In this document: positions 39,996 through 49,286 of the stretch, piece after piece
Layout of the letters: every line of letters begins with the position of its first letter
Numbering within the stretch: position 1 is the stretch's first letter
Assembly (NCBI GenBank): GCA_003507445.1
Contig: DNVR01000019.1
Coordinates: 206,132-270,131 of the forward strand
Reading direction: 5' to 3'
DNA from: Candidatus Moraniibacteriota bacterium
GTDB lineage: Bacteria; Patescibacteriota; Minisyncoccia; Moranbacterales; GWC2-37-73
DNA: 64,000 nt
The notes under the pieces: generated by a model
What the model was told of the DNA's origin: nothing
The model's database searches: none
What the model saw: the letters and a program-made list of their open reading frames with translations, nothing else
Translations under genes and position numbers: made by a program

Positions 39996-40045
39996 AATAA
40001 TATGGGTATTGAAAAAATAATGATTTCAGATTGGAAATAAAAAAT

Positions 40046-40453
40046 ATGAGAATTGTGGTTAGGGCTATAATTAAAAATGACGATTCACTGTTGGTAATTA
40101 AGAGAATTAAAAATGGGAAAACATATTTTGTTTTTCCTGGCGGCGGGGTTGATGATGGAGAAAGTCATCCCATTGCACTAAAAAGAGAATGCAAAGAAGA
40201 ATTGGGCCTAGATGTTTCAGTATTGGAATTTATGTATGATTTTGATTTTATCAAAAAGGATAATGAGCCACAGAAAGAATATTTTTATCAATGCGATATA
40301 TTAGGAGGAAAACTCGGAAGTGGTGAAGGAGAAGAATATAGCCCAGACCGCAATAGTGGAATTTATGAGCCAATGTGGATAAAGTTAGAGGAACTTTCAG
40401 ATTTGGATTTGAGACCAATCGAAATAAAAAATAAATTAATAGCTGAATTATAA
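40046..40453 (+). CDS. NUDIX hydrolase
   Basis: PGGGVDDGE...KRECKEELG. Confidence 0.92.
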   Translation: MRIVVRAIIKNDDSLLVIKRIKNGKTYFVFPGGGVDDGESHPIALKRECKEELGLDVSVLEFMYDFDFIKKDNEPQKEYFYQCDILGGKLGSGEGEEYSPDRNSGIYEPMWIKLEELSDLDLRPIEIKNKLIAEL

Positions 40454-40455
40454 TT

Positions 40456-40479
40456 AGCTACGTAACATGTTACGTAGCA
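40456..40479. repeat. Motif A copy
   Basis: agctacgtaacatgttacgtagca, 2 nt after NUDIX stop. Confidence 0.88.
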
Positions 40480-40536
40480 CTCCAGAGAAATAGAAGAGAT
40501 TTTACGGGGTAAAAAATAACCAATCAAACATAGCAT

Positions 40537-40564
40537 TCACTCAACGTCGGCCGTGGAAGAGTGA
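40537..40564. repeat. Motif B copy 2
   Basis: tcactcaacgtcggccgtggaagagtga. Confidence 0.9.
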
Positions 40565-40622
40565 TGTAAGGTGGGATATTATTAAGATGGAGATCTTTAT
40601 TTTTTTATAGTATAATCGTGGT

Positions 40623-41210
40623 ATGTATAGGCCAGGAGTTGTTCAAAAGAAAATATTGTTGGCGCTTTTAGGTGGGGTTGCTTTGGGTGTGTCTTCATCG
40701 CCTCGACAATATTTTAGTACTTTGCGAAAATTGAAAAAAGAATGGGTAAAAATAAATCCACAGAATTTTAATCGCTCCATCAAGAGTCTTTCGAAGGAAA
40801 AACTTATAAGCGAGATCGAGCTTCCTGATGGTTCTTTTAAATTGACCTTAACTGAAAAAGGCAAGAAGCAGGCTCGCGTGCTGAATATCTTCGGAAAGTC
40901 GATAGATTTCAAGAAGCCGAAGAAATGGGATGGCAAGTGGCGAGTTGTTATGTTTGATATCCCTGAAAAAGATAGACTTTTTCGCGACGTGCTCAGAAAT
41001 CACTTGAAGGATTTGAAATTTAGGAAATTGCAGCACAGCGTTTTTGTTTCACCTTATCCTTTCGAGAAACCTATCTTGGAATTGGTCGCTCTGTATTCGG
41101 CGGAAAAATTTGTCAGAGTCATAACTGCACAGAAATTGGATAATGGTAAATATCTCGAAAAAATGTTTTTCAAAAAAAACAAACACTCACTCAACGTCGG
41201 CCGTGGATGA
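40623..41210 (+). CDS. PaaX-like regulator (wHTH + Cas2-like domain)
   Basis: LTEKGK, WDGKWRVVMFDIPE, LQHSVFVSPY. Confidence 0.88.
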   Translation: MYRPGVVQKKILLALLGGVALGVSSSPRQYFSTLRKLKKEWVKINPQNFNRSIKSLSKEKLISEIELPDGSFKLTLTEKGKKQARVLNIFGKSIDFKKPKKWDGKWRVVMFDIPEKDRLFRDVLRNHLKDLKFRKLQHSVFVSPYPFEKPILELVALYSAEKFVRVITAQKLDNGKYLEKMFFKKNKHSLNVGRG

Positions 41211-41216
41211 GTGAGT
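41185..41216. repeat. Motif B copy 3 (contains the PaaX-like stop codon)
   Basis: actcactcaacgtcggccgtggatgagtgagt. Confidence 0.9.
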
Positions 41217-41255
41217 TAATAACAAATAAATAATTTCAGATTGGAAATAAAAAAT

Positions 41256-41918
41256 ATGGAAAAAAGTAAGATAAAAGCAATAATATTTGATATGGATGGT
41301 GTGTTGGTTAATTCTGAACCAATACATGAAAGAGCGGAAATGGAGATTTGTCTTGAGTTTGGTATGAAGGTTTCAAAACGTGAATGGGATGGTTTTCGGG
41401 GCAAGAAGCTTGAAGACATCTTTTCATACGCCAGCAAAAAATATGGAACTGGAAATGAGCCTATTGAGGAGATGATTGAGCGTAAGATTGCTCGGTATTT
41501 GTCATTGGCACTTGCTGAAATGGATCTCGTCCCCGGTGCATATGATTTTCTGCAGAAGCTAAAAAAGAATGGAAAATATAGCTACGCGCTGACGACCTCA
41601 GGCAGGAAGGTACAGCAGGAAAAAATTCTTTCAAAATTCAAACTTGCTGATTATTTTGAAATCATGATTACTTCGGATGATGTGAAGAATGGCAAGCCTC
41701 ATCCAGAGCCATATGCAATCACAGTGCAAAAACTGAATGAGCTGCCCGAGGCATGCTTGGTTATCGAAGATTCTGATAATGGAATTTTGTCTGCCAAGGC
41801 TGCAGGATGTTTTGCTTGCGGGATCACGACGACATTTGGTCGCGAGAAATTGGAAGGTGCAGGCGCAGACATGGTAGTTTCTGATTTTTTTGAATTATCA
41901 AAAATATTATTCGATTAG
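41256..41918 (+). CDS. HAD-family phosphatase
   Basis: FDMDGV, KPHPEPY, IEDSDNG. Confidence 0.92.
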   Translation: MEKSKIKAIIFDMDGVLVNSEPIHERAEMEICLEFGMKVSKREWDGFRGKKLEDIFSYASKKYGTGNEPIEEMIERKIARYLSLALAEMDLVPGAYDFLQKLKKNGKYSYALTTSGRKVQQEKILSKFKLADYFEIMITSDDVKNGKPHPEPYAITVQKLNELPEACLVIEDSDNGILSAKAAGCFACGITTTFGREKLEGAGADMVVSDFFELSKILFD

Positions 41919-41925
41919 TATTACA

Positions 41926-41949
41926 TGCTACGTAACATGCTACGTAGCA
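41926..41949. repeat. Motif A copy
   Basis: tgctacgtaacatgctacgtagca. Confidence 0.9.
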
Positions 41950-42094
41950 ACCCAATGAAATAATATTAAATTTCATGGGTTAAAAAATAAAAAGCATTTA
42001 AACAATCTCACATCCCATAGGGAATTACGTAGCTAATTACATAATTCCGAAAAAGCTGGTATACTTTCAGTAAGTAATAAAAAAATTAAAAGCT

Positions 42095-42643
42095 ATGGAA
42101 TTGGAAAAATTACAAGGGGTTATTGAAAGCATTTTGTTTGTTAGTGGGGAGCCGATTAAGAGGGCGAAGTTGGCAAAGATCGTGGGGCTTGGGGCTGAAG
42201 AAGTTGATGCTGCTTTGGCTGTGTTGAGCGAGAAATATGCTTTGGCGGGCAGCGGGCTTAGTTTGCTTGTTAAGGGCGAGGAAGTGCAATTGGTTTCTAA
42301 TCCTGAAAATGCTGAGTTTATTGAAAAATTGGTTAAAAGTGAACTTCAAGATTCGCTTTCTAATGCTGCTTTGGAAGTCGTTTCAATCATTGCATATCGC
42401 GGTCCAATTTCGAAAACTGAAATTGAGGCAATTCGAGGTGTTAATTGCGCTTATACACTCAGAAATCTGCTTTTGAGAGGGCTTATTGAGCGAAGTGACA
42501 ATCCAAATGATTCTCGAGGCTATGTTTATGCGATTACATTTGATTTTCTTAAAAAGTTGGGGATTGAATCCGTGAAAAATCTTCCAGAGTATGGTATACT
42601 TTCAGCAGATGAGAGAATTAATTCAATAATCTCAAAAGAATAA
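42095..42643 (+). CDS. scpB: Segregation and condensation protein B
   Basis: ESILFVSGEP, LEVVSIIAYRGP, IEAIRGVN. Confidence 0.95.
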   Translation: MELEKLQGVIESILFVSGEPIKRAKLAKIVGLGAEEVDAALAVLSEKYALAGSGLSLLVKGEEVQLVSNPENAEFIEKLVKSELQDSLSNAALEVVSIIAYRGPISKTEIEAIRGVNCAYTLRNLLLRGLIERSDNPNDSRGYVYAITFDFLKKLGIESVKNLPEYGILSADERINSIISKE

Positions 42644-43686
42644 TGGGTATAGGGGCAACCATTTTAATGATCGCATTTTTCCCGCTTAATTCCTTTTTGC
42701 TTTTTCACGAAAGTTGGGCAGGAGGAAGGCAAGTGCAGGCTGATTTTTCGACTGAAAATAAAAGTATTCAAGGATTGGCTCAGGGTGTGGAAACTGAAAA
42801 GAAACCGGAAGCGATTAAATTGTTGAAAGCGCAAGCTGTTGATGATCCACAATATCAACCTGTGCGCAAAGAAGGGGTTAGTGATCTTGTTTTGCCGAAT
42901 GCTCATGCATCGGTTGTTATTGACGGAGACACGGGAACGATTTTGCATTACAATGAAGGACGCACTCAAAGGCAAATTGCATCACTCACAAAAATAATGA
43001 CAGCTGTTTTGGTGATGGAAAATGTTAAGGATTTGAATGAAGCGGTTACTATTGATGAGGAAGCTGTTTATATTGAAGGCACAAAAATAGGTTGTCCTCG
43101 CAGCGGATATTGCATAAGCCCGCGTCTTAAGGTTGGCGAAAAAATCAGTGTTAAAAGTTTGCTTCAGGCAATGTTGATGAACAGTGCAAATGATGCGGCA
43201 CTCGCACTCGGAAAACATATTTCAGGAACAGAAGAAGAATTTGCTGATTTGATGAACAAAAAAGCCAAAGAATTGGGATTGGTGGACACAAAATTTTGCA
43301 CAGCCTCAGGACTTGATCTTGATGATGAAGAAGCTGCTGCCAAATGTTATTCTTCTGCATATGACATTGCTCGCATCGGTGCATATTCACTTCGTTATGA
43401 CACTATTTGGAAAATGTTTCGTATGCCAAACAATTCAATCGTGACTTCATTGGATGGAAAAATTGAGCACACGATTTTGAACACAGATCTTGCGCTTGAT
43501 CAGATTTCAAATGTATACGGTGGAAAAACCGGATTTACTCCAATGGCTGGGTATTCTCTCTTGATGGCTGTTTCTGATCCTAGTACAAAACATCGCATCA
43601 TTGTGGTTGTTTTGGATGACCCTCAACGTTGGCAGGATATTCGCACCGCAATTGATTGGACACTTAATTCCTACAGTTGGCGATAG
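42643..43686 (+). CDS. D-alanyl-D-alanine carboxypeptidase (S11)
   Basis: ASLTK, SAND, KTG motifs. Confidence 0.92.
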   Translation: MGIGATILMIAFFPLNSFLLFHESWAGGRQVQADFSTENKSIQGLAQGVETEKKPEAIKLLKAQAVDDPQYQPVRKEGVSDLVLPNAHASVVIDGDTGTILHYNEGRTQRQIASLTKIMTAVLVMENVKDLNEAVTIDEEAVYIEGTKIGCPRSGYCISPRLKVGEKISVKSLLQAMLMNSANDAALALGKHISGTEEEFADLMNKKAKELGLVDTKFCTASGLDLDDEEAAAKCYSSAYDIARIGAYSLRYDTIWKMFRMPNNSIVTSLDGKIEHTILNTDLALDQISNVYGGKTGFTPMAGYSLLMAVSDPSTKHRIIVVVLDDPQRWQDIRTAIDWTLNSYSWR

Positions 43687-43782
43687 CGCAACTAATAATA
43701 AATAACTAATAACAAACAACAAACAACTAGGATTACGAACGAAAAGTTGTGAGTTGTGAGTTGTAGGTTATAAGTTAATATT

Positions 43783-44883
43783 ATGCAATTTGCTCAAATT
43801 CAAACAATTCCGGAAGTCGTTAATGTTCTCAAGATTCTCATCACGGGACTCCTTGCTTTTTTGTTGGCTTTTGGGATCACACCTCTTTGGACGCACTTGC
43901 TTTATAAATATAAATTTGGAATTAAAATTAAAAGCAATGATGTTAGTGGTGGAAAACTGACATTTGTCAGTAAGTTGCACGCTCATAAATCAGGAACTCC
44001 CACGATGGGCGGAGTTATTATGTGGGTAACGATTATTATTTTGGTTTTTTCTTCACATTTTATTTTTCCTTGGATTGGAAAACTTTTGGATATTGATTTT
44101 ATTGCTAGACTTGATTTTTTGAGTCGTAAACAAGTTTGGCTGCCACTTTTTGCATTAGCTTCCGCTGGAATTCTTGGTCTTTTTGATGACGTGATGAGTG
44201 TTCGTGGCTGGGGAAGCAACAAGGGTGGAGGAATGCGTTTTGCAATGAGATTTGGCTGGCTGATTGTTATTGCTTTGGCTGGTGGCTGGTGGTTTTTTTA
44301 TAAACTTGGTTGGGATGTTTTGCATATTCCTGCTTTTGGGGATTTCTCAATTGGTTTTTGGTACATTCCACTTTTTGTTTTTGTGATTTTATTTTCCGCA
44401 GTGTCTTCAAATGAAACAGATGGTTTAGATGGGTTGAATGGTGGGGTACTGCTACTTGCTTTCTTTTCTTTTACAATCATTGCTTTTTTTCAAAACAAAG
44501 TTGATCTGGCTTCATTTTGCAGCGCTATGTCTGGCGTGCTGCTGGCTTTCTTGTGGTTCAATATTGCACCTGCGCGCTTTATGATGGGCGATACGGGTGC
44601 GATGGCACTTGGAACAACGCTTGGTGTTGTTGCTATGCTTACAAATTCAGCGTTGGCCCTTTTCTTTATTGTGTTTATATATGTGCTTGAATCTGGAAGT
44701 GTGGTGATTCAGCTTACTAGTAAAAAGTTTTTTCATCGTAAAGTTTTTTTGGCGGCGCCACTTCACCATCATTTTGAGGCAAAAGGTTGGCCTGAATGCA
44801 AAATTGTTATGCGTGCTTGGATTTTCACAATGATCACCGCTCTGGTGGGCGTCGTGATTGCCATTTTCGGCATGGGAAGATAA
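43783..44883 (+). CDS. mraY: Phospho-N-acetylmuramoyl-pentapeptide transferase
   Basis: KSGTPTMGG, NETDGLDG, MGDTG, APLHHHFE. Confidence 0.95.
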   Translation: MQFAQIQTIPEVVNVLKILITGLLAFLLAFGITPLWTHLLYKYKFGIKIKSNDVSGGKLTFVSKLHAHKSGTPTMGGVIMWVTIIILVFSSHFIFPWIGKLLDIDFIARLDFLSRKQVWLPLFALASAGILGLFDDVMSVRGWGSNKGGGMRFAMRFGWLIVIALAGGWWFFYKLGWDVLHIPAFGDFSIGFWYIPLFVFVILFSAVSSNETDGLDGLNGGVLLLAFFSFTIIAFFQNKVDLASFCSAMSGVLLAFLWFNIAPARFMMGDTGAMALGTTLGVVAMLTNSALALFFIVFIYVLESGSVVIQLTSKKFFHRKVFLAAPLHHHFEAKGWPECKIVMRAWIFTMITALVGVVIAIFGMGR

Positions 44884-44985
44884 ATTCATATAACATAAAA
44901 CATATAACATGTAACAAATAAAAACAGATAGTGAGTAGCGCATAGTATTAATTTTTTTTGCTATATGCTATATGCTATATGTTTC

Positions 44986-46047
44986 ATGAACAACGTGAGT
45001 ATTAAAAAAATACAGGAAGGGGTTTTTTTGGATAAGAAAATTTTGGTTAGAGCAGATTTCAATGTTGCGCTTGAGGATGGAAAGATAAAGGAAAAATTCA
45101 AATTGGAAGCATGCAAAAAAACGATTGACCACCTGTCAGCTCAGAGTGGTTCTAAAGTTGCACTAATATCTCATCTTGGACGCCCAGAAGGGAAAAAGAA
45201 TCCAGAATTTTCACTTGAGCAGATTAAAGACGAACTTGAAATAATTTTGGAAAGAAAAATTGTTTTTGTGAATGATTGTGTTGGCAGTGAAGTTTCAAAA
45301 GCACTGGACGCACTTAATGTTGGCGAGATTATTCTTTTGGAAAACGTTCGTTTTTATGAGGGAGAAGAAAAAAATGATGTTGAATTTTCCAAAAAACTTG
45401 CTGAAAATTTTGATGTTTATATTAATGACGCATTTAGTGTTTGTCATCGCAATCAGGCATCGGTAACTGGAATTACTGCTCACATTGAAAGCTATGCTGG
45501 TCTTCGTCTTCAAGAAGAAATCAAAAATCTCAATCGTGTTATTCATGAACCAGAAAGTCCCGCAACTGCTATTATTGGTGGCGCCAAAATTGAAACAAAA
45601 TTGCCGCTTATAAATAATTTTGAAAAAGCATATTCGCACATTTTGGTTGGCGGAAAAATAGCCAATGAAGCAATTGATCAGAAATTGGCATTTTCGCCAA
45701 AAGTTATTTTGCCTTTTGATTTTGCCAAAGATCGTTTTGATATTGGCCCCAAGACAATCAGAAGATTTAAAGAAATTATTGCGCAATCCAAAGTTATTGT
45801 TTGGAATGGTCCGATGGGCAAATTCGAAGAGCAGCCATATGACATAGGAACGCGTGAAATTTTAGACGCAATTGTGGAGAGCGATGCTTTCACATTAATC
45901 GGCGGTGGAGAATCAGTTCAGGTTTTGGAAGAGAATAATCTTATGAACAAGATTTCTTTTGTCTCAACGGGTGGTGGTGCAATGCTAGAATATCTCAGTG
46001 GAAATCAAATGCCTGGAATTGAGGCTTTGCGCATGAAAAAGGAATAA
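44986..46047 (+). CDS. pgk: Phosphoglycerate kinase
   Basis: RADFNV, SHLGRP, LENVRF, STGGGA. Confidence 0.95.
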   Translation: MNNVSIKKIQEGVFLDKKILVRADFNVALEDGKIKEKFKLEACKKTIDHLSAQSGSKVALISHLGRPEGKKNPEFSLEQIKDELEIILERKIVFVNDCVGSEVSKALDALNVGEIILLENVRFYEGEEKNDVEFSKKLAENFDVYINDAFSVCHRNQASVTGITAHIESYAGLRLQEEIKNLNRVIHEPESPATAIIGGAKIETKLPLINNFEKAYSHILVGGKIANEAIDQKLAFSPKVILPFDFAKDRFDIGPKTIRRFKEIIAQSKVIVWNGPMGKFEEQPYDIGTREILDAIVESDAFTLIGGGESVQVLEENNLMNKISFVSTGGGAMLEYLSGNQMPGIEALRMKKE

Positions 46048-46103
46048 TAATATTTTGGGAAATGATGCGACAATGTGGTATACTGAAGTAGTCGTAAGGA
46101 GTT

Positions 46104-46222
46104 GTTTTTTTGTTTCGCCTGTTTCCTCTTTCGGCACGCTCTTGGCCGAAAGCTATGGCCAATCGCTCTTGCCTGCTATTTCGCAGCCAACGGCCTCAAG
46201 AGAAAACAGGCTCACAAAAAAC
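46104..46222. repeat. Structured repeat F copy 2
   Basis: gcctgtttcctctt-tcggcacgct...aagagaaaacaggc. Confidence 0.75.
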
Positions 46223-46282
46223 CACATGTTATATATGATCCTTAGTTTCATTGATATTTTTTTAAAAAAACAAAAATAAATT

Positions 46283-46894
46283 ATGAAAAGTCCTCAATTT
46301 AAGGCGGGCGATATAGGTGTATTTAACAAAAAAGTATCATTAATTGAACTTAGGAAAGTTGATCCAATTTCAATAGTTGGGCTGTATGTTTCAGAGGCTT
46401 TGTTGTTTTTGGGGATCTTGCTTATTTTGCTTAACAATTTAAATGTTGTTGCTCCAGGGAGTTATTTTGGTGCATATAACTGGGTAACTGTTACGGTTTT
46501 TTCCATTGGGCTTGTTATTAATTTTATTTCCATTCCATTTTTATATTTTTCCAGTTTGAGAAATTTTGTAAAAGAAAGTGAATTTTGGGACAAGGAAACA
46601 TTTTGGATTTTGCCATTGTTTTTTTTCGGAACATTTTTTCTATACAATAGTCTTATAGCTCCGGCGCTGGTTTTGCTTATTTTGTCGATTATGACCATCG
46701 CATCTATCCATATCAAATTTATATTCAAGGCTCGAAAAATAAATATGGAAAATGAAAAAGGTTTATATGCTAGCAGGGAGCAATATGTAATAACCTTAAA
46801 ATATCTTTCGGCTTATTACGTCTTATTGTTGGCATTGCTTGTTTCTTTTGATCCATTGTATCAAGTGTTCTTTTGGATTCGTTTACATACTTAA
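46283..46894 (+). CDS. Hypothetical membrane protein
   Basis: About 5 TM segments. Confidence 0.75.
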   Translation: MKSPQFKAGDIGVFNKKVSLIELRKVDPISIVGLYVSEALLFLGILLILLNNLNVVAPGSYFGAYNWVTVTVFSIGLVINFISIPFLYFSSLRNFVKESEFWDKETFWILPLFFFGTFFLYNSLIAPALVLLILSIMTIASIHIKFIFKARKINMENEKGLYASREQYVITLKYLSAYYVLLLALLVSFDPLYQVFFWIRLHT

Positions 46895-46957
46895 AATAAG
46901 TTTGAGTTAAACCCCAGTTAAATACTCGCCAAAGGCGAATTTAACGGGGTAAAATAT

Positions 46958-48253
46958 ATGATGAAAATTACAAATATTGTCGGCAGGGAAATTTTGGATT
47001 CACGAGGAAATCCCACGGTGGAAGTGGAAGTTTTTTTGAGTGGCGGTGAAAGCGCTGCGGCAGCTGTTCCTTCGGGAGCTTCAACTGGAAAATTTGAAGC
47101 ACTTGAACTTAGGGATGGCGATGAAGCACGTTATGGTGGTTTGGGTGTTTTGAAAGCTGTAAAAAATATCAACACAGAAATTAAGGAAGCCCTTGTTGGC
47201 AAGGATGCAAGTCAGCAGTTTACTATTGATGAGATTATGCTTGAGCTTGATGGCACGGAAAATAAATCGCATTTGGGAGCAAATGCCATTTTGGGTGTTT
47301 CTCTTGCAGTTTGTCGCGCAGTTGCAAAGGCAAAAAAAATTCCTCTTTACGAATATATTAATGAAATTTCCAATCTTAACGTGAAGCCAAAACTTCCTGT
47401 GCCAATGTTTAATGTGCTTAATGGTGGAATGCATAGTGACAGTGGACTTAGCATTCAAGAATTTAAAGTTATTCCAACCGGAATTAAAACATTCAAGGAA
47501 CAATTAAGAGCGGGAAGTGAAATATTTCATAAACTTAAAAAGATTATTGAAGCAGGCCGCCATAGTAGTGGTGTTGGCGATGAAGGAGGTTTTTCTCCGA
47601 AGTTGGAAAGCAACACGCAAGCCTTGGAACTTATTAATCAAGCGATCTCAGAAAGCGGTTACAGACTTGGAACCGAGGTTAATTTGGGCATTGATGCCGC
47701 CGCCAGTAATTTTTATGAAGAAGATGAGAAACATTATTTGGTTAAGCCGGAAGGTGTACACTTGGAACGCGAGCGCTTGATTAACATGTACAAGGAATGG
47801 ATTGATAAATATCACGTTGTTTCAGTGGAAGATGGTTTGGCTGAGGATGATTGGGAAGGATGGAAAATTATGACTGAAAAAATTGCAGGCAAACAAATTT
47901 TGAATGGAATTCCTAAAAATGTTTTAAGTGAAAATTTGTTGGTCGGAGATGATTTGTTGGTCACAAATGTGAAGCGCGTTGAGCGGGCAATCAAGGAAAA
48001 AGCTTGCAATGCAGTTTTGATTAAAGTTAATCAAATTGGCAGTCTTTCTGAAACACTTGAATGCATACGTTTGGCCAAAAAGAATAAAATGAAAATTATG
48101 ATTTCGCATCGCTCCGGAGAAACCACTGATGATTTTATTGCTGATTTGGCGGCAGGCACTGCAGCTGAATTTATAAAATCTGGATCACTTTCAAGAGGAG
48201 AAAGACTTTGCAAATATAATCGACTTATGAAAATCGAGCAAGAATTAAGATGA
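46958..48253 (+). CDS. eno: Enolase
   Basis: DSRGNPTVE, PSGASTG, GDEGGF, SHRSGET. Confidence 0.97.
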   Translation: MMKITNIVGREILDSRGNPTVEVEVFLSGGESAAAAVPSGASTGKFEALELRDGDEARYGGLGVLKAVKNINTEIKEALVGKDASQQFTIDEIMLELDGTENKSHLGANAILGVSLAVCRAVAKAKKIPLYEYINEISNLNVKPKLPVPMFNVLNGGMHSDSGLSIQEFKVIPTGIKTFKEQLRAGSEIFHKLKKIIEAGRHSSGVGDEGGFSPKLESNTQALELINQAISESGYRLGTEVNLGIDAAASNFYEEDEKHYLVKPEGVHLERERLINMYKEWIDKYHVVSVEDGLAEDDWEGWKIMTEKIAGKQILNGIPKNVLSENLLVGDDLLVTNVKRVERAIKEKACNAVLIKVNQIGSLSETLECIRLAKKNKMKIMISHRSGETTDDFIADLAAGTAAEFIKSGSLSRGERLCKYNRLMKIEQELR

Positions 48254-48260
48254 AAAATAA

Positions 48261-49268
48261 ATGTACAATATAATTTGCATTGGCTCCACCTCTAAAGATA
48301 TTTTTTTCCCAACAAATGAGGGTGTTATTTTTGATACTCCTTTGGAAATTACTTCGCAAAAAAAAATCGCATTTGAGTTGGGTGCGAAATATCAAGTGAA
48401 AGAGCGCTTTGAAGCGCTGGGTGGCTGCGCTGCTAATGTTGCGCAAGGGTTAACAAAACTTGGCGAACAGTCGGAATGTTATTCCAAGATTGGCGATGAT
48501 GAACTTGGACACTGGATAAAAAAAACGCTTATTAATGGAGGCGTTGGCGTGGAGGCGCTTGAAATTGAAAAAGAATGCAAGAGTGATCTTTCCTTGATTA
48601 TAGTGAATATGAATTCTGGAGAGAGAACTGTTTTTTCCGATAGGGATGCTAATAATAAGCTTACTATACTGCCAGAAAAACTTAAGCATGCACATTGGAT
48701 TTTCATCAGTTCACTCAATGGTGATTGGCAGCAGCATTTAAGAACAATATTGGTTATAGCAAAAGAGAAAAACATTCGTGTTGCATTTAATCCTGGTCAA
48801 AAAAATATTAAAACCGATCTTCTTGAAGTTACTAATGCAATAACTGCAAGTGAAATATTTTTTATAAATAAAGATGAGGCAATTGAAATAGTTGGTGGCT
48901 TGGGGGATAATATGATTTCTGAACTTTTAGAAAATGAAGAATATTTGGCTAAAGTTTTGTATCGACTTAGTCGTGGGATTATTGTTATTACAGATGGAGA
49001 AAGAGGTGCTTGGTGTTATAATGGAGATAGTTTTTTTCATGGTGATGCTTTGATACAAAAAGCTGTTGATACTACGGGCGCAGGTGACGCATTCACCAGT
49101 GGATTTTTTGCAGCATATTTGAAAGGAAAGGATCCTGAGGAATGTTTGAGCTGGGGGATTGTGAATTCGAGTAGTTCAGTTAAGGAATATGGTGGACAAA
49201 AAGGATTGTTAACGCAAGAAGAAATAGAGAAGATGCTTTCTCAAATTAAAATAAAAAAAGTGAACTAA
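48261..49268 (+). CDS. PfkB-family carbohydrate kinase
   Basis: GGCAANVA, DTTGAGDAF. Confidence 0.93.
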   Translation: MYNIICIGSTSKDIFFPTNEGVIFDTPLEITSQKKIAFELGAKYQVKERFEALGGCAANVAQGLTKLGEQSECYSKIGDDELGHWIKKTLINGGVGVEALEIEKECKSDLSLIIVNMNSGERTVFSDRDANNKLTILPEKLKHAHWIFISSLNGDWQQHLRTILVIAKEKNIRVAFNPGQKNIKTDLLEVTNAITASEIFFINKDEAIEIVGGLGDNMISELLENEEYLAKVLYRLSRGIIVITDGERGAWCYNGDSFFHGDALIQKAVDTTGAGDAFTSGFFAAYLKGKDPEECLSWGIVNSSSSVKEYGGQKGLLTQEEIEKMLSQIKIKKVN

Positions 49269-49286
49269 TGTATTTCAAGTTTCATT

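Larger units (their letters stand above)
32113..42094. mobile_element. Accessory island separating scpA and scpB
   Basis: Normally adjacent genes are split by RM and cargo genes plus dense repeats; no integrase visible. Confidence 0.65.

Noticed and set aside
40537-41216. CRISPR-Cas locus (Cas2-like domain plus repeats)
   Set aside because: The protein has PaaX-like wHTH architecture; there is no cas1 and no regularly spaced repeat-spacer array.
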